Source: Octopus vulgaris
Lineage: Eukaryota
Assembly: GCA_951406725.2 (NCBI GenBank)
Contig: OX597823.1
Coordinates: 81,096,001 to 81,160,000 of the forward strand
DNA length: 64,000 nucleotides
Reading direction: 5' to 3'
Part shown: piece by piece, positions 1 to 11,570 of the stretch
How positions within the stretch are numbered: position 1 is the stretch's first letter
Layout of the letters: every line of letters begins with the position of its first letter
Notes under the pieces: generated by a model
Told to the model about the DNA's origin: nothing
Seen by the model: only the letters and a program-made list of their open reading frames with translations
The model's database searches: none
Program-made: the position numbers and the translations under genes

Positions 1-101
1 CTATCGGCTTCGTTATTGCAACAATCCTCTACCACGCTGTGGAGCAGCACCATGCAAGGGATTACCCTTAGAACAGAAAACTTGTAATGAAAAGATAGCA
101 T
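1..101 (+). CDS. SCO-spondin/mucin-like gene, partial exon encoding the C-terminal half of a thrombospondin type-1 (TSP1) repeat
   Basis: Frame from nt 2 reads YRLRYCNNPLPRCGAAPCKGLPLEQKTCNEKIA, matching the TSP1 pattern RxRxCxNPxP..PCxG...E...CN. Donor GTAAGT at 102. The phase-1 T joins GC at 2730 to make the final Cys. Confidence 0.85.
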
Positions 102-435
102 GTAAGTATATTGTATGAATTGTCAGTTGATATAAAGAATTGTTTCGTATGAATAAGCATTAAATAAACATATCCTCTTTGTCATCACCATCATCATCAT
201 TGTTTTATTGTTCACTCTTCTATGCTTGCATGAGTCAGATGGAATTTGCTGAAGCAGGCAAATTTTGTGGCCAGATGTCCTTTTAGTTACCAACCCTCAT
301 CCATTTCCACACAAGGTAATATTGTTGGAACGTTTTTCACAGGAGACTGAAAACAAACAACATCACTTGTATGAGGGTGATGTTTGTTTACAACCATCAC
401 AAGTGTACACACAAATACACACACACAAACATACA

Positions 436-744
<309 letters not shown>

Positions 745-2253
745 GGAGTGAACAAGAAGGTGTACAGCGGACACTTATTTTTTAATTGCTACAATTATTT
801 CTGCACAACATAGTTCGTTCTCCAGCCATGCAGGTGCTTGGTTATGCAACTGCTTCCCTGCATCAGGAGATCTAGTTGTGTTTTCTCAGACGATATGCAA
901 ATATTTTATTGTCTCTGTAAGTTCAAAGTCTTGGCTTCAAGAACATCCTCTCTGTCTGTCGTGGCCTGAATTTAGTTGTAGTCACTGAGTTTATCAGGGT
1001 GTGTTGTTGCTGAAGGGCCACCGGCACAGGGCCCAGAGGAGGCTGACAAATGGCCACGATTGGTTGGTGCTTTTTACGTGTCACCAACACGGATGCCAGT
1101 CAGGCGGCATCAGCCACATTCGGATGGTGCTTTTTACATGCCACCAGCACAGGTATTATAACTACAATTTCTATTTGATTTTTATTTTGATGTTGATGTT
1201 GACGCACTTGACTCAATAGGTCTCCTCAAGCACAGCGATATATATATATATAATACATTAAGTCAGCTTGAATCTTGCTTGGTTGCTTGATTGTTTGCTT
1301 GCAATGTTACCCAGTGAAACTGGCACATAATAGGAAAATACTATGAATTAAGTCGCCCCTGAAATATTAATATGAACGGAATAAAACAAGTTTTGCTTAA
1401 CTCAGACAGATGGTTTTTGAGATATTAGGGGTTTTCAGGGTATAAATACCCATAACGGTGCATAATGGGAAAATAACTTAATTCTGAAGGAGAAGAAACT
1501 CTTACCTTTTAATTAAACACAGAGACTTGACAATAAAAAAAATACAATTTGTTTCTTACCGTAAACATTTCTATTTTCACTTTTGTTAAACACAATATTT
1601 TAATCATTTAGAAATATTTTTAAGTGAATGTGATTTCAAAAATGTAAGTTGTTTGTACAGTAGGTATTTATACTTTAGCTTTCTTTAAACAGACAATATT
1701 TTAATGTTTTTTAAATTATTTTCAAGTAAACACCATTAAAAAATTTTATTTGGCATTTCTAAAAAATATTTCAAAGTGAAAATGACTTTAAAAATACGGT
1801 AAATATTTTGTAAAAGACCTGTTCGTAACCTTGGTGTGAAATAAATTTTTCCATAAGTTTTTTCGAGTGCATTTAACATATCTCACCTCCAAAGATTTGG
1901 CTGCAATTTCTAGCACACCCTGCTACCACATAACAGCTATTTGCAATAAAGGACCCAAAACAGCTGTTACATGGTAGCAGGGCATGCAAGAAATAGCAGC
2001 CAAATCTTTCCTTTTCTGGGGAAAGGAGCTGTTTACGTGTGATTTCATTGTCACATTTGTTAAAAGCATGTGAAATAACCTAGAAAAGAAAAAATAAAAC
2101 CCACGAAACAAAATTCCATTGGTGGGAAACTCAGAGTTTCCCAGTGACCCAACAGGTCACAGGTAGTGTAGTATATATATACAAATGTGTATGTGTGTGT
2201 GTGTCCCTTAGCATTAGTACATGTATAGATGTATATGTGAATGAACATCATAT

Positions 2254-2365
<112 letters not shown>

Positions 2366-2729
2366 GATGAACTCTCCTATCAAGGATGATGTATGAACAT
2401 TCAGATTTTGCCGAACAGCCTGCACACAGATGATTTGCTTATAGTGATCAAATGTTTGTGCTGTACATTAGCTCACTCCTTTCATTAAATCGATGTTGCC
2501 TGAACTGGAGCACAGTGTACCACATGTCAGGTGTTGAAGTGATCGCAGTGCAATGTAAGATTAAATATTTGGCACAAGAACACAATGCCTCACCTGATCT
2601 AAGACTGAATCCAAAATCTTATTACTGCGAAACAAGCTCCTTAACCACACAGATGTGCCTCTTTAAAATTCAGGAGACAAGTGAGCCTTTATTTATTTAA
2701 ATCTTGCTTGTTCAAATGTCTCATTTCAG

Positions 2730-2965
2730 GCTTTGCTCCTTCCAATGCAACTGATACAAAGGGAAAGTGTGAAGGAGAAATGGAGGTTTATACAACTGAA
2801 GAATCTTGTGAAAGAACATGTGAAAATCGATTTGAAACTAATATATTTGCATCATGTAAAAAGAAAAGTCACTGCATCTGTAAAGACGGTCATTACAGAA
2901 ACCAAAATGAATGTATTCCAGGAACAAAGTGTGACATATGCCATATTAATGGAACGGTTCATGAG
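2730..2965 (+). CDS. SCO-spondin/mucin-like gene, exon encoding a TIL-like cysteine-rich domain and the start of a VWC domain
   Basis: Acceptor tcatttcag ends 2729, donor GTAAT at 2966. Reads (C)FAPSNATDTKGKCEGEMEVYTTEESCERTCENRFETNIFASCKKKSHCICKDGHYRNQNECIPGTKCDICHINGTVHE. Phases 1/0 fit both neighbours. Confidence 0.9.
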
Positions 2966-2984
2966 GTAATACATTATTTTCTAT

Positions 2985-2985
<1 letters not shown>

Positions 2986-3036
<51 letters not shown>

Positions 3037-3043
3037 CCATCAT
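2986..3043 (+). repeat. (CAT)n trinucleotide repeat (tail of an antisense RTE-type insertion)
   Basis: Intronic, 20 nt after the 2965 donor. Explains the poly-His in ORF 2681..3091. Confidence 0.95.
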
Positions 3044-3524
3044 CTAGTTTTCATGTTGGTATGGGATGAGTGGTTTGGCAAGGCACACTGAGATGCAGGG
3101 TGGTGATGAGCCCTGCTGTCAGCTTTGGCATGGTTTTTATGACTGGATGTTCTTCTTAACACCAACCACTTCACAGTGTGTACTGGTGCTTTTCTCATGT
3201 TAGTGTGCATTCTGTCACAGGTGGAGATAGTAGAAAATGATAATGTTTATATCATAAATGAACAGAAAGTCTATCCAAAGCTAGGCTGGCTTTAACTATA
3301 TACACTGCAAAGCTTATTGTCTTAGGTGGAATTGTTTTGTATATCTGATGAGACAAAGTGAAGATCTGAACTGTTTTAGTGGCTGTCACTGTTCACTGGT
3401 GGTGGACAACAGTGTATTGCATTAAACCTTGATTGGCAAGGCAGACCTGTCTGTCTGTATGATGGGTCAATAAAAGTCTTTGATCTCAGAAGTGGAGTAA
3501 TCAGCAATGTATCTAGCTAGAGAC

Positions 3525-3762
3525 ATACCTATTTCTTTACTACCCACAAGCTGGCTAAACACAGAGGGGACAAACAAAGACAGACAAACGGATTAAGTTG
3601 ATTATATCGACCCCAGTGCGTAACTGGTACTTAATTTATTGACCCTGAAAGGATGAAAGGCAAAGTCGACCTCGGCGGAATTTGAACTCAGAATGTAACG
3701 GCAGATGAAATATGGCTACGCATTTTGCCCGGTGTGCTAACGTTTCTGCCAGCTCGCCACCT
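3525..3762 (-). mobile_element. tRNA-derived SINE family B with 13-bp TSD
   Basis: Head GGCGAGCTGGCAGAA…GAGTTCAAATTCC, central GCCTTTCATCCTTTC.GGGTC.ATAAATTAAGTACCAG. TSD CTAGAGACATACC at 3517-3529 and 3769-3781. Other copies at 7927-8163(-), 13628-13850(+), 14655-14820(-), 17109-17523(-, tandem), 52988-53190(+), 59637-59866(+). Confidence 0.9.
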
Positions 3763-4669
3763 TTTTAACTAGAGACATACCACTCCTTAAAAAATAATGT
3801 TTTTTGTGGTGGGTCTCAAGTCTCCCTTGGTTTTACTACTGAATCATGTGTACCGTTGTACAATATATTTTGTGTGTTCATTTGTGGAAGTAACAAAAGA
3901 AACAAACTTTAAAATAATAGTGAGGCTTTATTCCTTCATAAAGTGATACAGTGGATCAAGTAAGAAAAACTAGGAACTCTGGTGGCTGTAGTTCATCCAT
4001 CACTTGCATGATTCAGCTTGGATTACATGTGCTTTATTATGTTATTTTTTTCTCTGGTGAAAAACAGCAGGAAATCAGCATCACTCACCTTTATGAAAAT
4101 CACTCACCTGTCTTGTCTAAATAATTTCTCACACAAATTTATGGGAAAAGGTAAGCTCCAGAGCACATACTAATTAATTGTTTGAAAATGTATTACATGC
4201 AATGTGATTGGACCTTCAATCCAAATCCCACACAATACTCAACCAATCATAGCACAGGACTAAAACCAATGTTCAAAACTCACATGATAGGTAAAACAAC
4301 CAATCATTACAGATTAATGTGCTGAGCCTATAAAAGGCTGATTGTCTCCAATATGTGAGAATAGAAATCGATCTTGCTACATGTTAATAATATTGTATTT
4401 TAAATGGCAAGCTGGCTGAATTGTTAGCCTGCCAGGCAAAATGCTTAGCAGCATTTCATGTTTTTACATTCTGAGTTCAAATTCTACCAGGATCAACTTT
4501 GCCTTTCATCCTTGTGGGGTTAATTAAATAAGTACCAGTTGATCACTGGGGTCAATTTTTGGTAAAAATTGCTGGCCTTGTGCCAAAATGTGAAACCAAT
4601 AATATTGTAGTTTTCTATAAAGTATTTCCATCTATCAATGATTATATTGTATTAAATTTGATTTTGTAG

Positions 4670-4771
4670 CATGGCAGTATATGGGAGTCTTCAGCTGGTT
4701 GTGAAATATGTCAGTGTGTGGGTGGTAAGTCTGTATGTAAAAGAATATGCCCGATACCAGAATGCAATGAG
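4670..4771 (+). CDS. SCO-spondin/mucin-like gene, VWC domain exon
   Basis: Acceptor ttttgtag, donor GTAAGT. Reads HGSIWESSAGCEICQCVGGKSVCKRICPIPECNE (VWC pattern G..W....C..C.C..G...C...C). Phase 0/0. Confidence 0.9.
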
Positions 4772-6354
4772 GTAAGTCTAAAATATTTCTAAAAGAATTA
4801 AGTTAATAATTAATAATTAGCAAGAGCACTCAGAGAGTTCAAACCTCTGCCAAGGCAACACCAACATCCTCTCAATGATTAGCTGGAGATGATTTTTAAA
4901 ATGAGAATATCTGAAATAAACTTGACTGCTCTAACAAATGAGGATACTAAAAATGAACCCAACCGCTCTCAAAAAATTAAGTAAAAAAAACAGGAAAATG
5001 TAATCCAGAATCCTTGTCCAGAACCAGATCGATCCCAAAATCCAATCAGTTTGTCCCAGTTATGAGGTCAAACGTCCTTGAAAGTTTTATCTGAATCCAT
5101 CCAGTGGGTCATGAGATATGTTGTCCATGGACAGACAAACAAACAAAGAAAGAACCATGACTGAAACAATACCTCTGCCTTAGCGAAGGCAGAGGTAATA
5201 ACAGGTACTGGCATGTTGTTGGTTTTGACAATGAAAGTTCCAGGTGATCCGATCAATGGAACAGCCTGCTTGTGAAATTAACATGTAAGTGGCTGAGCAC
5301 TCCACAGGCATGTACCCATAACATAGTTCTCAGGGAGATTCAGTGTGACTCAGAATGTGACAAGGCTGGCCCACTGAATTACAGGTACAACTCATTTTTG
5401 ACAGCTGAGTGGACTGGAATAATGAGAGATAAAGTGTCTTGCTCAAGAACATAATGCACTACCAGATATTAAACTTATGACCTTACAATCATGAGCCAAA
5501 CCACTCAGCCACGGACGTTCACAATTATTAAGTTAATAATTAATAATTTAGTGATTACGTTTATAATTAATAAAAAGTAGAAATGAAAATAAAAATGCAA
5601 CTACAGAACTTTAATCTCAAAAGATTTATTATTGGTAGTACTTGAAAATAATAATCCCAGGCCAAAGCAAATGTTTTCACATAAAAAGAATGAAAACTAT
5701 GCTTCCTTTCAACACTTAAGGTTCACTTTAAACTGATCCTAACTAAAGGAAAATAAATATTTTAAATTATTTAATATAAAAAGAAAAGAGTAACAAAATA
5801 TTATTTCAAACTTTGTATATTTTGTGCACTATTAATAATTCATGAATGTAACAGATTTTATAGTAAAATTTTACCAGAATAATGAAGAAAATGTTATGCT
5901 AACAGTATCAGAGAAATTATAGTCATTGTACTTGTAATAGCTTCGTGGTTGTAATCTAAAATACAATAATATTAATTAGTTGGGATATTTAACCAATTGA
6001 CTAATAATAAAGGAGTGGAATTGAACCAGTGTATGTGTTAATTATATTGGCATAATGACTCTCCCATGATACAACAAAATTTGTTTCAACACACAAATTC
6101 ACATAAAGAATCTTGCAAACCAGATACAAAAACTAAGTAAAATAATATAGTTTTTAATTGTGTATAAAGCATAATAATTTTAATAATATCACAGTATCAC
6201 AATTTTGACCTGACTATCGGATGCTGTTATACACAACTGGTCACAATGCACTTCCAATTTTGTCTCAAAATTTTAAACCATTATTACTATAATTATTATT
6301 ATTACATTATCCAAAAATATTCACATTTCATTTTCTTTGTTTATATCTTTATAG

Positions 6355-6412
6355 GATGAGAAACTTATTTATGAAAAAGATAATTGCTGCCCAAAATGTA
6401 AACATATTACAG
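6355..6412 (+). CDS. SCO-spondin/mucin-like gene, exon completing the VWC domain (CCPxC)
   Basis: Polypyrimidine tract plus tag acceptor, donor GTATAC. Reads DEKLIYEKDNCCPKCKHIT+G. Phase 0/1. Confidence 0.88.
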
Positions 6413-6809
6413 GTATACTGATTATATCATGACTATTAAATTCTTTCAGCATTTTAAATACTTTGAAGACTGGTAAATTATCAAAAATGCTAAAGTGGTA
6501 AACTAAATGTCTCACAGTATTTATCTCCTATTCCTCCATTCTAAATTCAAATTCCTTTACTTTACTTTTTATTTTAAAATATTTATCAACAAATGAACTG
6601 GGTTTGGTCTGATTGATTATAAATCCCATTCCTTGAAACTCAAATGTAAGAAATCAATATTTAGGATAATTTTTAGCATTGAATAATTTCTAAAAAAGAA
6701 TTTTCAGTTTCTAAATAAAGTAATATTTTCTTTGATCATTTTATTAATATTTAGCAGAAGCAACAGAGTGACTCAAGGACTGAAATTTGTTTCTGCTAAA
6801 TATCAATGA

Positions 6810-7166
6810 AAATGTACATATACTCTGTTGTGTCTGGGAAGAGTCATTTTCTTTTTGTGCCTTATTATGTAACACACTCACCAGTAAAATTTTCCACTTA
6901 TTTCTTATTTTTATTTTCCCAAAATTTTCATTGCATCTTGCAACCTTTTCAGTAGTCTTGACTCTGTCCGTTCAGAGTCAAGACTATTGAAAATTTTAGG
7001 AAAGTAAAAATAAGAAATAAGTGGAAAATTTTTCTGGTGAGTGTGTTACATTATAAGGCACAAAAAGAAAATGAATCTCCCCAGACACAACAGAATATGC
7101 TTCAACACACAAACTCATGTAAAGAATCTTGCAAACCAAATCCAAAAACGAAATGTACATATACTC
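6810..7166. mobile_element. Fold-back (palindromic) non-autonomous element, family 2, probably Penelope-derived
   Basis: Arms of about 140 bp (about 6820-6966 and 6973-7100) are reverse complements, apart from an internal deletion in one arm. 16-bp direct repeat AAATGTACATATACTC at 6810-6825 and 7151-7166. Confidence 0.8.
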
Positions 7167-8759
7167 ATATTTTGAGTTCTATTTTTCCTGTTTGCATCAC
7201 CAAACCCGTTTTATCATTTTATTAATTTCTCCCAAAATATTAATTTCCATTCATTCATTTTCTCTTCCTGTTATTCCTGGTAAAGTCATGTGAGATAGAA
7301 TTCTCATGTGTTTTCCATAGGGGCATATCAGAAGCAATCATTATTACACTTTCCAAAAGGATTCCCGAGCATAACCAACTGAAACTATGAATATTATCCG
7401 ATCAGCTCATTCTTGGATCCTAACAAGAAGAGAGCAAATGCATTATAAGTTACTCAGGAAAAGCAGTTCCCTTAATTATTTGAGGATTTTGTCTACTTTT
7501 GAGATTGACGCAGTTGATGTAGAACATCTCTAGTTTTGACATGAGTAGGTTGATATCTTCGTGACACAAAAACAGGACTAATGAGCTGATTCTTTGAAGT
7601 TTATGTTTGGTGAAGAACTGATTGACCAAAGCGCAAGTTTGTCAAGTCAGAAACATCTACAGATAAACAAAAGAAGACAGTCAAGTGTATTGGTTGTATT
7701 TGATGGGGTTGTGTAGGAGTATACTAATTTAGAGGAATAGAGGTCTTTGTAGTATCTGTAGAATAGGTAGGATTAGTAACAAGAGATCTGTCGGCAAGTG
7801 ATTGGCAAAGATGCATTCATCAACATTCTTCAATCAGCAGAAGAGCTTCCTTTTTATGCTGGTTGGCTCAGCTTCAAGAATCCATCTGCCACTGCTTTCC
7901 TGCAATGCTCTAATCACATGTCCATAATACCTATTTCTTTACTACCCACAAGGGGCTAAACACAGAGAGGACAAACAAGGACAGACAAACGGATTAAGTG
8001 GATTATATCGACCCCAGTGCGTAACTGGTACTTATTTAATCAACCCTGAAAGGATGAAAGGGCAAGTCGACCTCGCCAGAATTTGAACTCAGAACGTAGT
8101 GGCATCCGAAATACCGCTAAGTATTTCGCCCAGCGTGCTAACATTTCTGCCAGCTTGCTGCTTTATATGTCCATAATACCAAAACTGTGACTTCACAATG
8201 AGTTTTAAATGAGGGAAATTATTCCTAGGTATAACTATAGTTTTAATGGATTTTCAAATACTTTTTTTAAAATATCTATGGTAGAAATAGAGACAATGAA
8301 AATTATATGAAAAAATACAAATATATCAAAGGTTTGTCTTTAGTTAATACAGCACCTGGCATGATATTATCCTTTCCCACATGTAACAGTTTTGCTGTGA
8401 ACATTGATTTCAGATTAAAACACAAGTTAATGTGACAATATGACCAATGGATTGGTTATAATGGTTCTGAGTTTTCGAAAACTCTTTTTATAGTTGAATC
8501 AAATGGTCTCTCATTGAATCATATAGCGGTATTAAATATAATATTCACAGAAGACTAAGTAGGTTGCACATTAATTAAATTCATACATTTAAAGTATTTC
8601 TCTTGCAATAATTATCTTATGAAAGTGAATTCATTACTTGAAGCATAGTTTAAAATGTGAAAATGGGAATTTATTTTATTAAATGCTTTTTAAATTGCCT
8701 ACCTGAAAATATAATTATAAATATCAAACAAGCTAACAAACTATCTAAAAAATTTAATT

Positions 8760-8915
8760 TTGTTAAATTTACATTATTTACATTCGACAGATATTTGTCC
8801 TTATCTTGTTTATTGTTAACACAATGTTTTGGCTGATATAACTTCCAGCCTTCTTCAGGTGTCTTGGGGAAATTTCAAACCTGGGTTCTCATTCCTAAGG
8901 TATTCTTTGAAGTTG

Positions 8916-8953
<38 letters not shown>

Positions 8954-9282
8954 GTTGTTCAGGTCACTGTATTATTGTTCAGCCCACGGGCATATGGCGT
9001 AGTGGTTAAGAGTGCGGGCTACTAATCCCAAGATTCTGAGTTCGATTCCAAGCAGTGACCTGAACAACAACAATAATAATAATGATAACAATAACAACAT
9101 CGAAGAATACCTTAGGAATGAGAACCCAGGTTCGAAATTTTCCCAAGATACCTGTTGAAGGCTGGAGGGTATATCAGCCGAAACGTGTTAACAACAAACA
9201 AGATGAGGACAAATATCCGTTGAATGTAAATAATGTACATAATTCCTCATCTCTCAAATATAGAACTGTATTGTTAAATTTA
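8760..9282 (+). mobile_element. tRNA-headed SINE-like element with a hammerhead-motif tail, preceded by an inverted copy of the tail (Penelope-like fold-back)
   Basis: Pol III A box TGGCGTAGTGG (8995-9005) and B box GAGTTCGATTCC (9038-9049). Tail 9053-9240 is the reverse complement of 8770-8968. 12-bp direct repeat TTGTTAAATTTA at 8760-8771 and 9271-9282. Confidence 0.8.
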
Positions 9283-9313
9283 ATTCTAAAGTTAGCTTCT
9301 ATTTTTATTTCAG

Positions 9314-9604
9314 AAGGTACATGTGGCTTACATAAAGTCTGGGATTATCTGAAAAATTCAAATGGTACTTGTCAGTCAGTTGATAAGATACAGCTCACCT
9401 ATTGCAGTGGTGGTTGTGGAGATACTAGGTCATACCCTATGCTGACAAATGATTCAACTGGAACATGTAGCAACCATTGCCATTGTTGTGAAGGAAGCAT
9501 TGCTAAAGTAAATGAAGTAATTGTCCAGTGTAAGGGGGAAGAGCAGAAAAGAACAATGTTTTATCCAGAATTTTGGTGCTGCAAATGTACAGAATGCAAA
9601 AAAT
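9314..9604 (+). CDS. SCO-spondin/mucin-like gene, C-terminal cystine-knot (CTCK) exon
   Basis: Acceptor tttattttcag-type ending 9313, donor GTAAGA at 9605. Reads (E)GTCGLHKVWDYLKNSNGTCQSVDKIQLTYCSGGC...HCHCCEG...QC...WCCKCTECKK with the CxGxC, CxCC and CxC cystine-knot motifs. Confidence 0.92.
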
Positions 9605-10263
9605 GTAAGAAAAATATATTTAATATCATGAAAATAATATCTAGAGGAATCGTATCCACATCAGTTGTTAGCTGTTAGGACAAAGCATCTTTCAAGATTT
9701 CCATGCTTCCCAAAAATCACCAATGCTATGCCTGAAGGCACATGGCTTTGTGATTAGGGGTGTTATATTCATAATCGTAAGATAAGACCATGGGTTTGAT
9801 TCCCAAAATGTTCTTGAGCTAAACATTTCATTTCATATTGCTCCAATCCACTCAGCTGTAAATGGATTCCAGCAATAGCTGGGAAGTTAACCCTATGATG
9901 GACTGACCTCTCATCCAGTGGGTAATGCTTTAATCTCAATTATTTATATGCCATGAGACAGGCAAATTCTGTGGCTAGATACCTTTCCTGTTACCAACCC
10001 TCATCCATTTCCACACAAGGTAATATTCTCCCTATACCTTGGTATGTTTTTCACAGCAGACTGGAAACAAACATCACTCTTTTACTGTTCACTTTTCTGT
10101 CTCTTTGTGTTTTCTTCTGTGTGCTATGCATGTACTTCTAGCTATCATTACTGTCTTTATCTGATTTATACGTCAGAAAAGGTTGACAGAAGGGACAGAA
10201 GGCAGATGGGTTAAAGTACATCTGAATTCTGCATACAATAATCTCATCATTATTATTACCATT

Positions 10264-10335
10264 GCCCATGTGGCCAAATGGTTAGGATTCCTGGCTTTCA
10301 CCAAGAAGGCCCAGGTTCGATTCCTGGCATGGTAA
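10264..10335 (+). pseudogene. tRNA-Glu(TTC)-derived pseudogene, copy 1 (intronic)
   Basis: 72 nt colinear with eukaryotic tRNA-Glu (TGGTTAGGATTCCTGG-CT-TTC-AC...CCAGG-TTCGATT-CCTGG). T-arm and A/B boxes are intact; acceptor and anticodon stems each have two mismatches. Confidence 0.75.
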
Positions 10336-11570
10336 CCTGTTACATTAAGATGATACCATGCATACAGCACTGGTGCTGGTGCCGAGTAAAAAGTACTGAT
10401 GATGGTGCCACCATGAAGGTACTCCTGACACTCTACTCTGTAAAGGGGTTGTTGCTGTGAAAGGTGTCCAGCTGTAGAAACCAAGCCAAAACTGAATATG
10501 GAACTTGATATGGTCCCTGGCCTTGCCAACTCCTGTGAAGCTGTCCAATTCCTGCCAGCATGGAAAACTGACATTAGATGATGATGATGATGAGGAGGAG
10601 GAGAAGTTTGTGCATAGTTTTTACAGCTTGATGCCCTTCCAAGTTTCAACCACTTTACAATGTGGACTGGATGCTTTTTAAGTGGCACTTGCACTGGCAG
10701 GGTTACCAAGTAACTATGCAAGACAAGGAATGGTTGTACTCTAAAATAAAATGTAGTTTTTAATAATTTTATTAATTATGTATATAAAACAAAATTTTAT
10801 TAATATATGCACAGAGGCATAGGAGTGGCTGTGTGATAAGTAGCTTGCTTACCAACCACATGGTTCTGGGTTCAGTCCCACTGTGTAGCACCTTGGGCAA
10901 GTGTCTTCTACTATAGCCTCGGGCCGATCAAAGCTTTGTGAGTGGATTTGGTAGACAGAAACTGAAAGAAGCCCGTCATATATATGTATATATATGTGTG
11001 TGTATATGTTTGGGTGTCTGTGTTTGTCCCCCCAATATCGCTTGACAACTGATGCTGGTGTGTTTACGTCCCCGTAACTTAGAGGTTTGACAAGAGAGAC
11101 TGATAGAATAAGTACTAGGCTTACAAAGAATAAGTCCTGGGATCAATTTGTTCGACTAAATGTGGTACTCCAGCATGGCCACAGTCAAATGACTGAAACA
11201 AGTAAAAGAGAGAATGCTTATTTGATATTTACAAAATAAATCCGTGATATAAGAAACAACTTATTATATTCACTATAAAAACCAGTTGAAATAATGATCC
11301 CCATATAGTCTTATGGTCAAATACTAGTCAGTCAGTCCAGTAGGTATAGCCACAAATCAGTGAAAGGAACTGGTGCCATCAATAGGGAGGCCTTGAAAAT
11401 GGTGCACATTCTCTCCTGATGTGTGCTATGTACTTCTTGTACTTCTAGCTATCATTACCGTCTTTATCTGATTTATACGTCAGAAAAGGTTGAAAGAAAG
11501 GACAGAAGGCAGACGGGTTAATGTACATCTGAATTCTGCATACAATAATCTCATCATTATTATTACCATT

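Noticed and set aside
2966-3091. Poly-histidine tail of ORF 2681..3091
   Set aside because: It lies past the splice donor at 2966 and is the (CAT)n tail of an antisense RTE-type insertion.
7260-7900. Non-SINE stretch that might be a Penelope or DIRS coding remnant (KLEMFYIN on the minus strand)
   Set aside because: Only one weak motif and many stops; it cannot be assigned without a database search.
9082-9313. N-terminal part of the 198-aa ORF 9082..9678
   Set aside because: Intronic repeat sequence (the hammerhead-SINE tail) that happens to be in frame with the exon starting at 9314.
10264-10335. Functional tRNA-Glu gene
   Set aside because: Mismatches in the acceptor and anticodon stems of both copies and no oligo-T terminator, so reported as pseudogenes.
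10392-10424. CTGATGA followed by a small stem and TGAAG, resembling a hammerhead
   Set aside because: No GAAA box and no stem III. It derives from the GGTGCCAC repeat of the RTE-type tail.
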